Below, piece by piece: positions 29,562 through 38,772 of a stretch of DNA of 64,000 bases (the first letter of the stretch is position 1; every line of letters begins with the position of its first letter). A program made the translations under genes and the position numbers. A model generated the notes under the pieces. It was not told the DNA's origin and did not search any database. It saw only the letters and a program-made list of their open reading frames with translations. The stretch covers positions 1-64,000 of the forward strand of contig JALNJZ010000004.1 in assembly GCA_023261845.1 (NCBI GenBank), read 5' to 3'. Origin of the DNA: Candidatus Terraquivivens tengchongensis (lineage in GTDB: Archaea > Thermoproteota > Nitrososphaeria_A > Caldarchaeales > Wolframiiraptoraceae).

Positions 29562-29646
29562 TGAGGTATTAAGGCAGTCATCCAGTCTGTTCCCTACTAA
29601 CAATATTTTTATATTCAAAGGTTAAATAGATTCGAGAGAAAAGCCC

Positions 29647-31128
29647 TTGACAGAGGAAGGAGTCTTTAGGGAAAGCGAATCGGTCCAGAAAGCAGAAGAA
29701 CTACTGCGTCGATTGGATAAAGCCGGCATTTCGCTACAAAAGCTCGAAGATTTTCTTGATGCTGTCGAAAGTGCCGCAAAGGAACCCTCAAAGATTAGGT
29801 ATTATGCCACCGCTATGACCAGACTAAGAAAGCTGGAAAAGGAGACCGGGAAGAGCATAGGCGCCCTGCTGAAAGAGTACGAGAAGAAGGCAAGGGAACT
29901 TGTAACGATAGAGTACGCAATAGACGACCTGAAAAAGAAGAGAACAAGACTTGAGGAAGACTTAGAGATCTATATGCAACAAAGAAAGCTTACCTTGGAG
30001 ATAGTAAACAGGGTCAACTCCCTGCTCTCGGTTTTAGAACAATTTAAGCTAGGTTTAGAGGATGTTGAAAGGCTTGTTGCCGTATTGAACTCTATAAAAA
30101 ACACACAGGGCAACCCGAACGAAGTGATTGAACAGGTAATCAAGGCTGGCGATTTAAGCAGGCAGATAACGGAGCTGGAGCGGAAGTTAAAAGAGGTTGA
30201 GGGGCTGGTAAATGAGGCCAGCATAAAGCGGGATTCCCTCCTTCGTGAGTGCGCTGAGCTTCTTAACGTCGAGTCGGAGGCTACCACGATAAAGTCTACT
30301 TTAGAGGAGTTAAGGGTTCAACGCGATAGCCTAAGACAAGAAGTCGAGGAGCTGAAGAGGTTACGTGAAACCCTTTACACAGAATACTCGTCGTTACTTG
30401 AGGTGAGAGGTACTGTAAAGGAATTGCTTTCGGCATTAGAGAGTAAAAAAGAGGAACTTAAAAAGTTGGACGAAGAGGTGTCAAAGAAACAGACAACCCT
30501 TAAGGAGCTGGAAGATGAGCTAAATGCCACTAGGTCCCTACTCACACTACTATCCGAGCCCCAAAATACCCAGCCCGAGGACATAGAGGCCATCATCCAA
30601 CAACTGAACAACATACTGAAAATAAAGCGCGGCGAGCTCCCGATGCTAAAGCCGCTGGAGGGTCACCTTCTAGAGAAGGCGAGAAAAAGACTAGTGGAGC
30701 TTGTCATACCGGCCCTTTCCGGCGAGTTTGTTCCCAAGTGGGTCTTCGAAAGGTTGGAGAAACAATTCGAAAGCCTAGTAGAGAAAAGGGCAAAGTTGGA
30801 GGAGGAGCTACAGTCCCTAAAGAGTGCTCTCAAATCTATGCAAGCCGAGGTGTCTGCCGGAGCACCCGTTGGGGCACCAAAGGAGGCTGAACAAGTAACT
30901 TTCCTAGTAAAAACCACTACGGGAGAAAAGATTCCTAAGGCGCCGAGCGATAAGAAAGCAAAGATAATATGCAGATATTGTAGGACTGGAACCTCAGTCT
31001 GGCTCCCCACCACCGAGGAGCTAGTAGAACTGAAGAGCAAAGGAGAAACTATGAAGATGGTATGCCCTTCTTGTAATAGACCCAACATCATAGACCCAGA
31101 CATAGTACTTAAGCTCTACCAGAGGTAG
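29647..31128 (+). CDS. long coiled-coil protein with C-terminal zinc ribbon, no ATPase motif
   Basis: E/K/L heptads over most of 493 aa; CRYC...CPSC at the C-terminus. Confidence 0.8.
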   Translation: MTEEGVFRESESVQKAEELLRRLDKAGISLQKLEDFLDAVESAAKEPSKIRYYATAMTRLRKLEKETGKSIGALLKEYEKKARELVTIEYAIDDLKKKRTRLEEDLEIYMQQRKLTLEIVNRVNSLLSVLEQFKLGLEDVERLVAVLNSIKNTQGNPNEVIEQVIKAGDLSRQITELERKLKEVEGLVNEASIKRDSLLRECAELLNVESEATTIKSTLEELRVQRDSLRQEVEELKRLRETLYTEYSSLLEVRGTVKELLSALESKKEELKKLDEEVSKKQTTLKELEDELNATRSLLTLLSEPQNTQPEDIEAIIQQLNNILKIKRGELPMLKPLEGHLLEKARKRLVELVIPALSGEFVPKWVFERLEKQFESLVEKRAKLEEELQSLKSALKSMQAEVSAGAPVGAPKEAEQVTFLVKTTTGEKIPKAPSDKKAKIICRYCRTGTSVWLPTTEELVELKSKGETMKMVCPSCNRPNIIDPDIVLKLYQR

Positions 31129-31137
31129 AGCAACACA

Positions 31138-31560
31138 ATGAGTAAGCTTCACCCCATAGTCATGATGCTTAGTTGGAAAACAAGGTTGCTGAAACCAGAA
31201 GATGTGGAGGCAATTTTGGCCGCTGTAGCGAACATACGCGTTCAGCCCTTTACGTTAACGCAGATAGCTGAATTCCTACCACCAGAGATTACCAAAGATA
31301 GGAAGAAGAGGAGGAGTATATCGAACTTACTCCAGGCTCTCGTCCAGATAGGGTACCTTTCAAAACCTTCTGAGAGAAAATGGATCAAAAATTCGCCGTC
31401 ACTCAGCCATTTTCTTAGCCCTTTGCTCATAGAGCTTGGTGAAGTTGAAAGGAAGGTCTTTAGTAGACCAGCCGAAGAAAGGGTAATAAAGCTTAACCAT
31501 GCACCAGAAAGGGAACAATACAAACAAGTGCAAACAAGAAAAGACACGTCAAGGGCTTAG
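31138..31560 (+). CDS. putative winged-helix protein
   Basis: FTLTQIAEFL...SISNLLQALVQIGYLSK..RKW pattern; starts 9 nt after the coiled-coil gene. Confidence 0.65.
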   Translation: MSKLHPIVMMLSWKTRLLKPEDVEAILAAVANIRVQPFTLTQIAEFLPPEITKDRKKRRSISNLLQALVQIGYLSKPSERKWIKNSPSLSHFLSPLLIELGEVERKVFSRPAEERVIKLNHAPEREQYKQVQTRKDTSRA

Positions 31561-31980
31561 GTCTTTAGGTCTTCGCTTTATCATAATTGGACGGTCTGTA
31601 TCTTCCGAGATTTCGACGAACTCCCATCCATAGCCCATAAATCTGACCGCTAAGACAGGTCTTGCTGTAATTTCCCCTCCACAATGCGGGCATCTTAAGC
31701 GGAACATTCTACAAAACTCGAGGAGCCTCTTGACCTGCTCCTTGTATAGCACGACATAAGGTTTCCTGCTTGACTTAACCTCTATCGCATACAGCTCTCC
31801 ATTCTCGACCGCTATGATATCTGGCTTTGCCATCTTTCCGCTTCCACTTCCAGACGTCCTCACGGCATACCATCCCGGACGTCCTTTCCCGACCAATTTT
31901 TTGACTAGGGAGTACTCGCTCTCGTAACCGACCCTTGCCTTGTACCTTGGTGAGAGCACATCCTTAGGTTTCTTAGGCAT
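31549..31980 (-). CDS. hjc: Holliday junction resolvase Hjc-like nuclease with CPHC insertion
   Basis: G...E..LV, VRTSGSG, PDIIA, AIEVKS, Q..RL.EF, PVLAVRF. Confidence 0.85.
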   Translation of the reverse strand: MPKKPKDVLSPRYKARVGYESEYSLVKKLVGKGRPGWYAVRTSGSGSGKMAKPDIIAVENGELYAIEVKSSRKPYVVLYKEQVKRLLEFCRMFRLRCPHCGGEITARPVLAVRFMGYGWEFVEISEDTDRPIMIKRRPKDLSP

Positions 31981-32083
31981 TTATACGCACCGCTTTGACT
32001 TTACGAATTCTATACTCCTCCTATAAACCGCTTCTTTTTCCTATGCTGTCGGACATTCTTAGGGTAAAACGACTTTTTCTTCC

Positions 32084-33322
32084 TTATTCCAGCCTAGTCT
32101 GGTTTTTCAAGAAATCCAGCAACCAGCTTGCCCTTATCCACTTTTCAATAGGAAGCTTTAGCTTCGTTGATAAAAGCGACAAGGCCTCGTCCAGGCTACT
32201 TGCTCTGGTGGACCGCATACTGAGTGCTCTCCTGCTAATCTCTCTAAGTCTCCAAACACCAAGCGGCAACCATCCGGGGAAGACCTCAATAAACACGAGA
32301 GCCGCCGCTTGTCTCTTTCTAGCCGATAAATGTTCCAGCACTGGGAGTCTTACTGCATGGTAGGCACCGCCAATATTTTCAGGGTACCTATCCGGGAAGC
32401 CGGGGAATTCGTGGTCCGAGTAAGGAAGCCTGCTGGGCATGTTATGCCAGTATTCAAGAACCTCAAACATCCATCTTAACGGAAGCAGGAGGATGTAAAC
32501 TCTATTATACAGGGCCTCAAACCCGTAAATCTCGTAGAGGTCTATTAATGGATTCTTCATAACTTCCTTTCTGAGCGACTTGCCAATTATCTCATCAACG
32601 GCCGTTATGCTCCACTCTGTAGGAACGACTTTCCTCTCATTCTTCGCACCAAGGAGGCCGATTGAGAGGAGTCGGGTTATATGCTCCTGCCTAATGCCGG
32701 AACGATACATCGTTATAATGGCATCCGCTGCCCTCAAATCTGTATCCGCTACTACTTTTTCGACAGTCCTTGGAACGCTAGGGTTCTCTACGAGTCTCAC
32801 CTTTAGAAGTGGCGCTGAAGGACCTATAGGAGGTTCTCTTACGTAAAAGAGAGGCTTTAGTGATGGTTTGCTCTCAAACTCCATCTCGGCATCCACTGGT
32901 GTTGAGGACATAGCCAGCTCTTGAAAAGACTCGAGAAGCTTATTCGGTGTCCTTGCTGATGTAACGCCGACCTTTTTCTTACCATGAAGTAAGCTGAGTC
33001 TCATGAGCAAAAGCTCGTCCATGGAAAAATCCAACCATTTTTCATACATATCCAGCAACCCCACAAAGTTCTTTTCCATAGCGGAAACGGCAGGACCGAC
33101 GTTTACTTTTGGATATCCCCACTCGCCCACTAACACTGTTGGTGGGCTTGCTCCAAACACCAGCCTATCCTGAAACCTTTCTATAGGTATCCAAGCAGAC
33201 AACTTCTTAACGAAGGGACATATGGCGGGTCTGCATTCGGAAAGCTTGCCCCTACAGACTGGACAGAATTTCCTCCGCTCACCCTTTGCCTCAAGCTCAC
33301 TAATCTCGTATTCGTGTAGCAA
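32084..33322 (-). CDS. nreA: Nre-family DNA repair protein
   Basis: CPVCRG...C...CP, GASPP..VGE.GYP.V..GP, VPTEWSITAVD, IGGAYHA.RL, PLGVW, C-terminal QTRL PIP-like motif. Confidence 0.9.
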   Translation of the reverse strand: MLHEYEISELEAKGERRKFCPVCRGKLSECRPAICPFVKKLSAWIPIERFQDRLVFGASPPTVLVGEWGYPKVNVGPAVSAMEKNFVGLLDMYEKWLDFSMDELLLMRLSLLHGKKKVGVTSARTPNKLLESFQELAMSSTPVDAEMEFESKPSLKPLFYVREPPIGPSAPLLKVRLVENPSVPRTVEKVVADTDLRAADAIITMYRSGIRQEHITRLLSIGLLGAKNERKVVPTEWSITAVDEIIGKSLRKEVMKNPLIDLYEIYGFEALYNRVYILLLPLRWMFEVLEYWHNMPSRLPYSDHEFPGFPDRYPENIGGAYHAVRLPVLEHLSARKRQAAALVFIEVFPGWLPLGVWRLREISRRALSMRSTRASSLDEALSLLSTKLKLPIEKWIRASWLLDFLKNQTRLE

Positions 33323-33357
33323 ATCCGATAAATTTTGTTAAAAGGTTTTTAATTTCC

Positions 33358-33666
33358 TTATCTCATCGGGCACCTACATGGTGATGAAGAACATCTAGGA
33401 CATCCATTACCGTACTTTTTTAAGACAGCTTCTTCAAGGTCTATGTCGAGCAGGTTACAAAAGCTGCAAAGCCACGCGAATACGTCAGCTACCTCTTCCT
33501 TCATGGCGCTCAAATCTCGCTTCAGATAAGCATCGCTCAGTTCGCCCAACTCCGATGCCAGCCAAAGCAGGGTCTTGTCAGAACCCCTACTCAGATCCCT
33601 AGATATGTAGAGTTCTCTGAATAGTTTCTGAAAACTTGCAAGGGATTTTAACGAACTATAACTCAT
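33358..33666 (-). CDS. MazG-like nucleotide pyrophosphohydrolase
   Basis: SELGEL, EEVADVFAWL, KYGNGCPRC..PC.C. Confidence 0.88.
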   Translation of the reverse strand: MSYSSLKSLASFQKLFRELYISRDLSRGSDKTLLWLASELGELSDAYLKRDLSAMKEEVADVFAWLCSFCNLLDIDLEEAVLKKYGNGCPRCSSSPCRCPMR

Positions 33667-33755
33667 GACACGTAGTAAAACAAAGTCATATAAACCTCTT
33701 CCCTTAAGCCTACGAAAGCTAAAAATAGGACAACAAATCCCTAAAGCCTGTAGGT

Positions 33756-34241
33756 ATGGGAGATCCTAAAAGACACCGTAAGAAGTATGAAACGCCAAGG
33801 CATCCTTGGAGAGCTGATGTCTTAGCGGAAGAGCTGAAGCTCGCGGGCGAGTACGGGTTAAGGAATAAGAGGGAGCTTTGGAGGGCGGCAGCAACCCTAA
33901 GGAAGTATAGGGCGATAGCTAGGTCCCTCTTCGTTCTTAGCGGCGAAGAGCGGAAAGAAAAGGAAGGGATACTTATAGGAAAGCTAGCGAGGCTTGGCGT
34001 TCTGCCTTCCACGGCGACGCTAGACGATGTGCTAAGGCTTACGGTCAGAGACTTTTTAGAGAGAAGGTTACAAACGGTTGTTTACAAACTTGGAATGGCT
34101 ACATCAATACACCATGCAAGGCAACTGATAGTTCATGGTCATGTATTCGTAGGAGATAAGAAAGTTAGGTCGCCGAGCTATCACGTCATGGCTGGTGAGG
34201 AGAGGCTTATCAGGGTCTTGCTACCTCAACTTGCTAAGTAA
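33756..34241 (+). CDS. rps4: 30S ribosomal protein uS4
   Basis: MGDPK..RKKY.TP.HPW, YGLRNKRELW, LERRLQT, ARQLIVHGH. Confidence 0.97.
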   Translation: MGDPKRHRKKYETPRHPWRADVLAEELKLAGEYGLRNKRELWRAAATLRKYRAIARSLFVLSGEERKEKEGILIGKLARLGVLPSTATLDDVLRLTVRDFLERRLQTVVYKLGMATSIHHARQLIVHGHVFVGDKKVRSPSYHVMAGEERLIRVLLPQLAK

Positions 34242-34247
34242 CTTCTA

Positions 34248-34706
34248 TCAATGTTTTGCGCTAAGCCACGCATAAGTCCCATCTTCGTAGACTTCTTTCT
34301 TGAAAAGCGCGGGTTCAGTCTTATATCTCCTAACAGCCTCCTCCAAAGCTGGAAAGACCTCCTCTCTACTTTTGCCCGCTATAACCACCAGTACAAGGGG
34401 CTCGCCGACCTTAAAACTGCCTTTTAGGTGCCATATACCAACGAATTCTAAGTTGAACTTCTCCTTCGTCTCTTCACATATCGCCTGTATCACGGGGTTT
34501 GCGTGTCTGTCGTATGCTTCTATCTCTAAATACTCAACCCTTTTGTCGTTGTTACCGATGGACTTAACGATGCCCAAGAAGCTGACGACGGCTCCAGAGC
34601 CACCATCAGAGAACATGTCCTGCATACTTGGCAGCAGCTTCCATAAGTCGAGTTCTTCCTTTTTGTAAACTCCGGGCGAAGGCAACCCTTTTTTCTCGAA
34701 CTGCAC
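34248..34706 (-). CDS. moaE: molybdopterin synthase catalytic subunit
   Basis: GAVVSFLG.V, LE.EAY, H..G...VGE, R.E.F, FKKE. Confidence 0.85.
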   Translation of the reverse strand: MQFEKKGLPSPGVYKKEELDLWKLLPSMQDMFSDGGSGAVVSFLGIVKSIGNNDKRVEYLEIEAYDRHANPVIQAICEETKEKFNLEFVGIWHLKGSFKVGEPLVLVVIAGKSREEVFPALEEAVRRYKTEPALFKKEVYEDGTYAWLSAKH

Positions 34707-34708
34707 CC

Positions 34709-35773
34709 TCAGCTCCCCCCGCCCATTCCTTTCCTCTTGTAGGTTATAACTGAAACGCTACTTGCTATAGCGTAGGCTATCCTTCTGAACGCTTCCGTCG
34801 ATTCGGATTTCGGTGCCGCAATTACAACCGGATTTCCGAGGTCACCATTGACCCTTATGTCTGGACTTAGTGGTACCTCGCCCAAAAACCTCGTTCCTAA
34901 CCTCTCACAAGCGGCCTTGACGCCGCCTCTCCCAAATATCTCAGATATATGACCGCAGTTAGGGCAGACAAAGTAACTCATATTCTCGACTATGCCTATT
35001 ATCTCAACGTTCAGTTTCCTAAACATATTCAGGGCCTTAGTGGCTATCCTCAGCGCAGCATCCTGAGGCGTGCTAACTATGACGACACCAGTAAGAGGAA
35101 TGCTCTGTGCCAGTGTTAGCGAAGCATCACCGGTACCGGGCGGAAGGTCCACTATAAGGTAGTCAAGCTCACCCCACTCCACCTGCGTTAAGAACTGCCT
35201 GATAGCGTTTGTCACGAGCGGCCCCCGCCATATTACAGGCTCTTCATCTTGGAGGAGAAAACCTATGGACATTACCTTTATGCCGTTGTAGCTTATTGCT
35301 GGCACTATCTTATTACCAACGCTGGCAGGCCCTATTTTGATTCTCAAGATCTTGGGTATTGTCGGCCCATATATGTCTGCGTCGAGTATGCCTACGCTTG
35401 CACCGGTCTCGCTTAAGGCTAGGCCTACGTTCACGGCTACTGTGGATTTGCCGACGCCGCCCTTGCCGCTAGCGATTGCAATTATATTCTTTACACCTGG
35501 AAGAATACCATCCTCAGTTCTTGCAGGGGCCACGCGAGCAACCACGTCCACTTTTACCTCAGAGACTCCAGCCAATCTCTTTAAAACACTCTCGACGTTT
35601 CCCTTCAGTTGGCTACGAAACGGGCAGGCTGGTGTCGTCAACTCTAAAGTCACTTTGATTGTATCACCTTCCGTGCTGACGTCTTTTACCATTCCTAAGG
35701 AGACTATGTCAACACCGAGCTCCGGGTCAACAACACTCTTAAGGGCTTGAATAACGTCCTCTTTTGTTGGCAA
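34709..35773 (-). CDS. mrp: Mrp/NBP35 Fe-S carrier ATPase with N-terminal DUF59
   Basis: DPELG, TTPACP, SGKGGVGKST, DADIYGP, WRGP, DLPPGTGD, ENMS..CPNC. Confidence 0.93.
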   Translation of the reverse strand: MPTKEDVIQALKSVVDPELGVDIVSLGMVKDVSTEGDTIKVTLELTTPACPFRSQLKGNVESVLKRLAGVSEVKVDVVARVAPARTEDGILPGVKNIIAIASGKGGVGKSTVAVNVGLALSETGASVGILDADIYGPTIPKILRIKIGPASVGNKIVPAISYNGIKVMSIGFLLQDEEPVIWRGPLVTNAIRQFLTQVEWGELDYLIVDLPPGTGDASLTLAQSIPLTGVVIVSTPQDAALRIATKALNMFRKLNVEIIGIVENMSYFVCPNCGHISEIFGRGGVKAACERLGTRFLGEVPLSPDIRVNGDLGNPVVIAAPKSESTEAFRRIAYAIASSVSVITYKRKGMGGGS

Positions 35774-35833
35774 AAGGGACGACCTACTTTAGTTAAGAAA
35801 GCCCATTTAAAAAACTTTAATGAAAGGTAGCCT

Positions 35834-35856
35834 CATTGGTTGGCTAGCCACCAATG
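35834..35856. repeat. near-perfect palindrome in divergent promoter region
   Basis: CATTGG T TGGCTAGCCA CCAATG. Confidence 0.55.
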
Positions 35857-36125
35857 TTATTAAGCGGATTCAGCCTATTTATGGCCAACCTTGCGAGTCG
35901 GCAGACGAGTTCGTTGTGCCCATTTTTTCTCTTGACGTTCAGTTGATGTGCAAATTTTGTTTTATTTTCAAACGATAGTGTTAAACAAATTAGTAATTTG
36001 TGATAACTCGCGAACATTTGCTGTCTGAAGATTAAACACGTGTGAGCGAGAGTTGTCAGACGTGTCCAACCTTACGTGTGCGGGTGAATATTTATAATTT
36101 AGTTTGTAGAGCAAATAGACAAAAA

Positions 36126-36554
36126 ATGTTGAGTAACTATAAGTTGACCACCTTCGAGAAGGATGGGGACAACATAGTCGGCAAGCACGTTTATGGGAAC
36201 CTTTACGGATGCGACGTCCGTCTGATAGCTAATGAGAGGTATCTAAGAAAGCTGGTAAGGGAGGCTGTCAAGATAGCGAACATGCACTTGGTTGAACTTA
36301 AGTCATGGAAGTTCTTCAGCAAAAAGGGCGGCGTATCGGTCATAGCCCTAGTTACGGAGAGTCATGTTGCTGTACATACATGGCCTGGTTACCAATACGC
36401 AACGGTTGACGTGTACACCTGCGGTCATGAAAGCCAGCCTGAGAAGGCCTTCGAGTACATAGTCAAAGGGCTAGCCCCGAAGGAGTACACAAAGCACTTT
36501 GCTGACAGGTCGTCCGTCGTGGTCAGGACCGAAGTGGTCCGAGAAGGTGTCTAA
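36126..36554 (+). CDS. pyruvoyl-dependent decarboxylase of AdoMetDC fold, probably arginine decarboxylase
   Basis: ESH cleavage motif, [19 protein letters not shown] and [11 protein letters not shown] resemble the crenarchaeal ArgDC paralog rather than SpeH. Confidence 0.8.
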   Translation: MLSNYKLTTFEKDGDNIVGKHVYGNLYGCDVRLIANERYLRKLVREAVKIANMHLVELKSWKFFSKKGGVSVIALVTESHVAVHTWPGYQYATVDVYTCGHESQPEKAFEYIVKGLAPKEYTKHFADRSSVVVRTEVVREGV

Positions 36555-36604
36555 AACTTTTAAATTTTTTATTTTTTATCCGTACACGGTAAGGTCTAGC
36601 TTGG

Positions 36605-37711
36605 GTGCTGGGTTTGATTGGTGAGTCCCAGATAGCTGAGCTCATAAAGAGTTACGATACGCGAGCTTTAACTGTCAGCTGCATAGGTAGCCATTCAGCC
36701 TTAGAGGTTTTCGATGGTGCAAAGGACGAGGGGCTTTCGACGATAGCTGTATGTCAAAAGGACAGGATGAGGGCCTATACGCATTTTAGGAGAATAGTTG
36801 ACAGGATAATTGTAGTTGACAGGTTCGCTGAGGTTCTAAGAGAAGACGTAATGAACGAGCTAAGGATGTCAAACTCCATCTTCGTTCCCAACAGGTCCTT
36901 TACAACCTACGTACCCTACGAGGGTATAGAGAACGAGTTCTTAGTGCCAATATTCGGCAATAGAGCCTTATTGAAGGCAGAGGAGAGGTGGGCAGAAAAG
37001 AACCAATACTACCTCCTTTCAAAGGCCGGTATAAGGACGCCCATGAGGTTCAGCTCGCCTGATGAAATAGACAGGCCTGCGATAGTGAAGGTGCAGGAGG
37101 CTAAGAGGAAGGCGGAAAGAGCCTTCTTTGTTGTATCCTCACCATCAGAATATAGGCGGAAGGTTCGGGAAAGGATCGAGGCGGGTCTGATATCCGAGGA
37201 GGAGGTATCCAAGGCCGTAATAGAGGAATTTATTATAGGTACGCTCTTCAACTTCAATTACTTTTATTCACCCATCGATGGTAGGCTCGAGTTTCTTGGT
37301 GCGGATAGAAGGCTTCAAACAAACCTCTACGACTTTGTTAACCTCCCTGCTAGGGAGCAGCTGGAGGTGAATATCCTACTCCAGAACATAGAGGTAGGTC
37401 ATCAACCAGCGTCGGTAAGGGAGTCGCTGCTGGAGAAAGTCTTAGAAGTTGGCGAAAGGTTCGTAGAGGCCGTAAGGGAGGAGTATCCGCCGGGCATAAT
37501 AGGGCCGTTCGCTCTTCAGGGCGCAATAAACAAGGATTTAGAGTTCGTGGTCTTTGACGTCTCGCTGAGAGTCCCAGGAAGCCCTATGCTAACCACGACT
37601 AGCCCTTATTCAAAATATTACCACGGGTTTGTTTTAGGCGTCGGCAGGAGGATAGCGATGGAGCTCAAAAGGGCAGCGGAGCAGAATAGGCTAAAGGAGG
37701 TGGTTACATGA
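36605..37711 (+). CDS. purP: PurP-like ATP-grasp protein (AICAR formate ligase family)
   Basis: GSHSALE..DGAKDEG, PNRSF, FGNR, RESLL, PPGIIGPFALQ. Confidence 0.88.
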   Translation: MLGLIGESQIAELIKSYDTRALTVSCIGSHSALEVFDGAKDEGLSTIAVCQKDRMRAYTHFRRIVDRIIVVDRFAEVLREDVMNELRMSNSIFVPNRSFTTYVPYEGIENEFLVPIFGNRALLKAEERWAEKNQYYLLSKAGIRTPMRFSSPDEIDRPAIVKVQEAKRKAERAFFVVSSPSEYRRKVRERIEAGLISEEEVSKAVIEEFIIGTLFNFNYFYSPIDGRLEFLGADRRLQTNLYDFVNLPAREQLEVNILLQNIEVGHQPASVRESLLEKVLEVGERFVEAVREEYPPGIIGPFALQGAINKDLEFVVFDVSLRVPGSPMLTTTSPYSKYYHGFVLGVGRRIAMELKRAAEQNRLKEVVT

Positions 37712-38727
37712 ACACATCCGTCGCTACTTATGGCTCACACTCAGCCCTTCAGATACTAAAAGGCGCCAAGGATGAAGGGCTTGGGGCTGTACTTCTATGC
37801 CCTAGGAATCGCCGTAAGTTTTACGAGAGGTTCAGACTGGCGGATAAGTTGCTCTTGGTAGACTCTGTGGAAGACCTACTAAGGAAGGATATACAGGATA
37901 GTCTAATGGGTATGGGAAGCATACTCGTACCGCATGGAACGATAATATCGGACGTTGAGATTAGCAGGTTTGTCAAGGACTTCAAGGTTCCGATCTTTGG
38001 GAACAGAGAGCTCCTCGTTTGGGAATCGGACAGAGAACTCAAAGAAAAGCTCCTTAAAGAAGCAAGTATAGAGGTGCCGAGGGCCTTCAGCTCACCAGAC
38101 GAGGTGGACTGTCCAGTCATAGTTAAGCTGCCCGGCGCAGAGGGAGGGAGAGGTTACTTCTTAGCGAGCGGAAGAGAAGATCTGATAAAAAAACTGACGA
38201 AAATGGGCGCAGGAACGAGCTGTGAGCTTTACATACAAGAGTACGTGATAGGCGTAACGGTATACCCCCACTTCTTCTACTCACCTCTTAAAGAGGAGGT
38301 GGAATTGCTTGGTGTTGACAGAAGGTATGAAACCAATGTCGACTCTTTGGGAAGGATACCGGCATCAGACCAGCTGAATCTTGACGTGCAACCAACCTAT
38401 GAAGTTGTAGGCAACATACCTCTAGTCATAAGGGAATCCATGCTGGAAAAATTCTTCGATATCGCCGAGAGTTTTGTGGAAGCTACGAAAAGGCTCGTAC
38501 CACCAGGAATTATAGGACCTTTCTGTATAGAGGCGATCTGTAGGTCACCCGACGACATCGTTGTTTTTGAATTCTCAGCTAGGATAGTCGCTGGCACAAA
38601 CCTCTTCATAAGCGGTTCGCCCTACTCATACTTACTGCATGGCGAGGGGATGAGTATGGGCAGAAGGATAGCCAAGGAGATAAGGCTTGCATGCGAAACT
38701 TCCGACCTAAAGAAACTCGTGACCTAG
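37708..38727 (+). CDS. purP: formate--AICAR ligase PurP
   Basis: GSHSALQILKGAKDEG, PHG, GA.GGRGYF, DRRYE.NVD, FEFSARIVAGTN, MSMGRRIA. Confidence 0.9.
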   Translation: MNTSVATYGSHSALQILKGAKDEGLGAVLLCPRNRRKFYERFRLADKLLLVDSVEDLLRKDIQDSLMGMGSILVPHGTIISDVEISRFVKDFKVPIFGNRELLVWESDRELKEKLLKEASIEVPRAFSSPDEVDCPVIVKLPGAEGGRGYFLASGREDLIKKLTKMGAGTSCELYIQEYVIGVTVYPHFFYSPLKEEVELLGVDRRYETNVDSLGRIPASDQLNLDVQPTYEVVGNIPLVIRESMLEKFFDIAESFVEATKRLVPPGIIGPFCIEAICRSPDDIVVFEFSARIVAGTNLFISGSPYSYLLHGEGMSMGRRIAKEIRLACETSDLKKLVT

Positions 38728-38772
38728 TTAATCTTTAAATTCAGCCGTCAAATCAATGGGCTAAGGGATTAA

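Noticed and set aside
36605-38727. Tandem purP paralogs
   Set aside because: Two PurP-like copies are common in archaea
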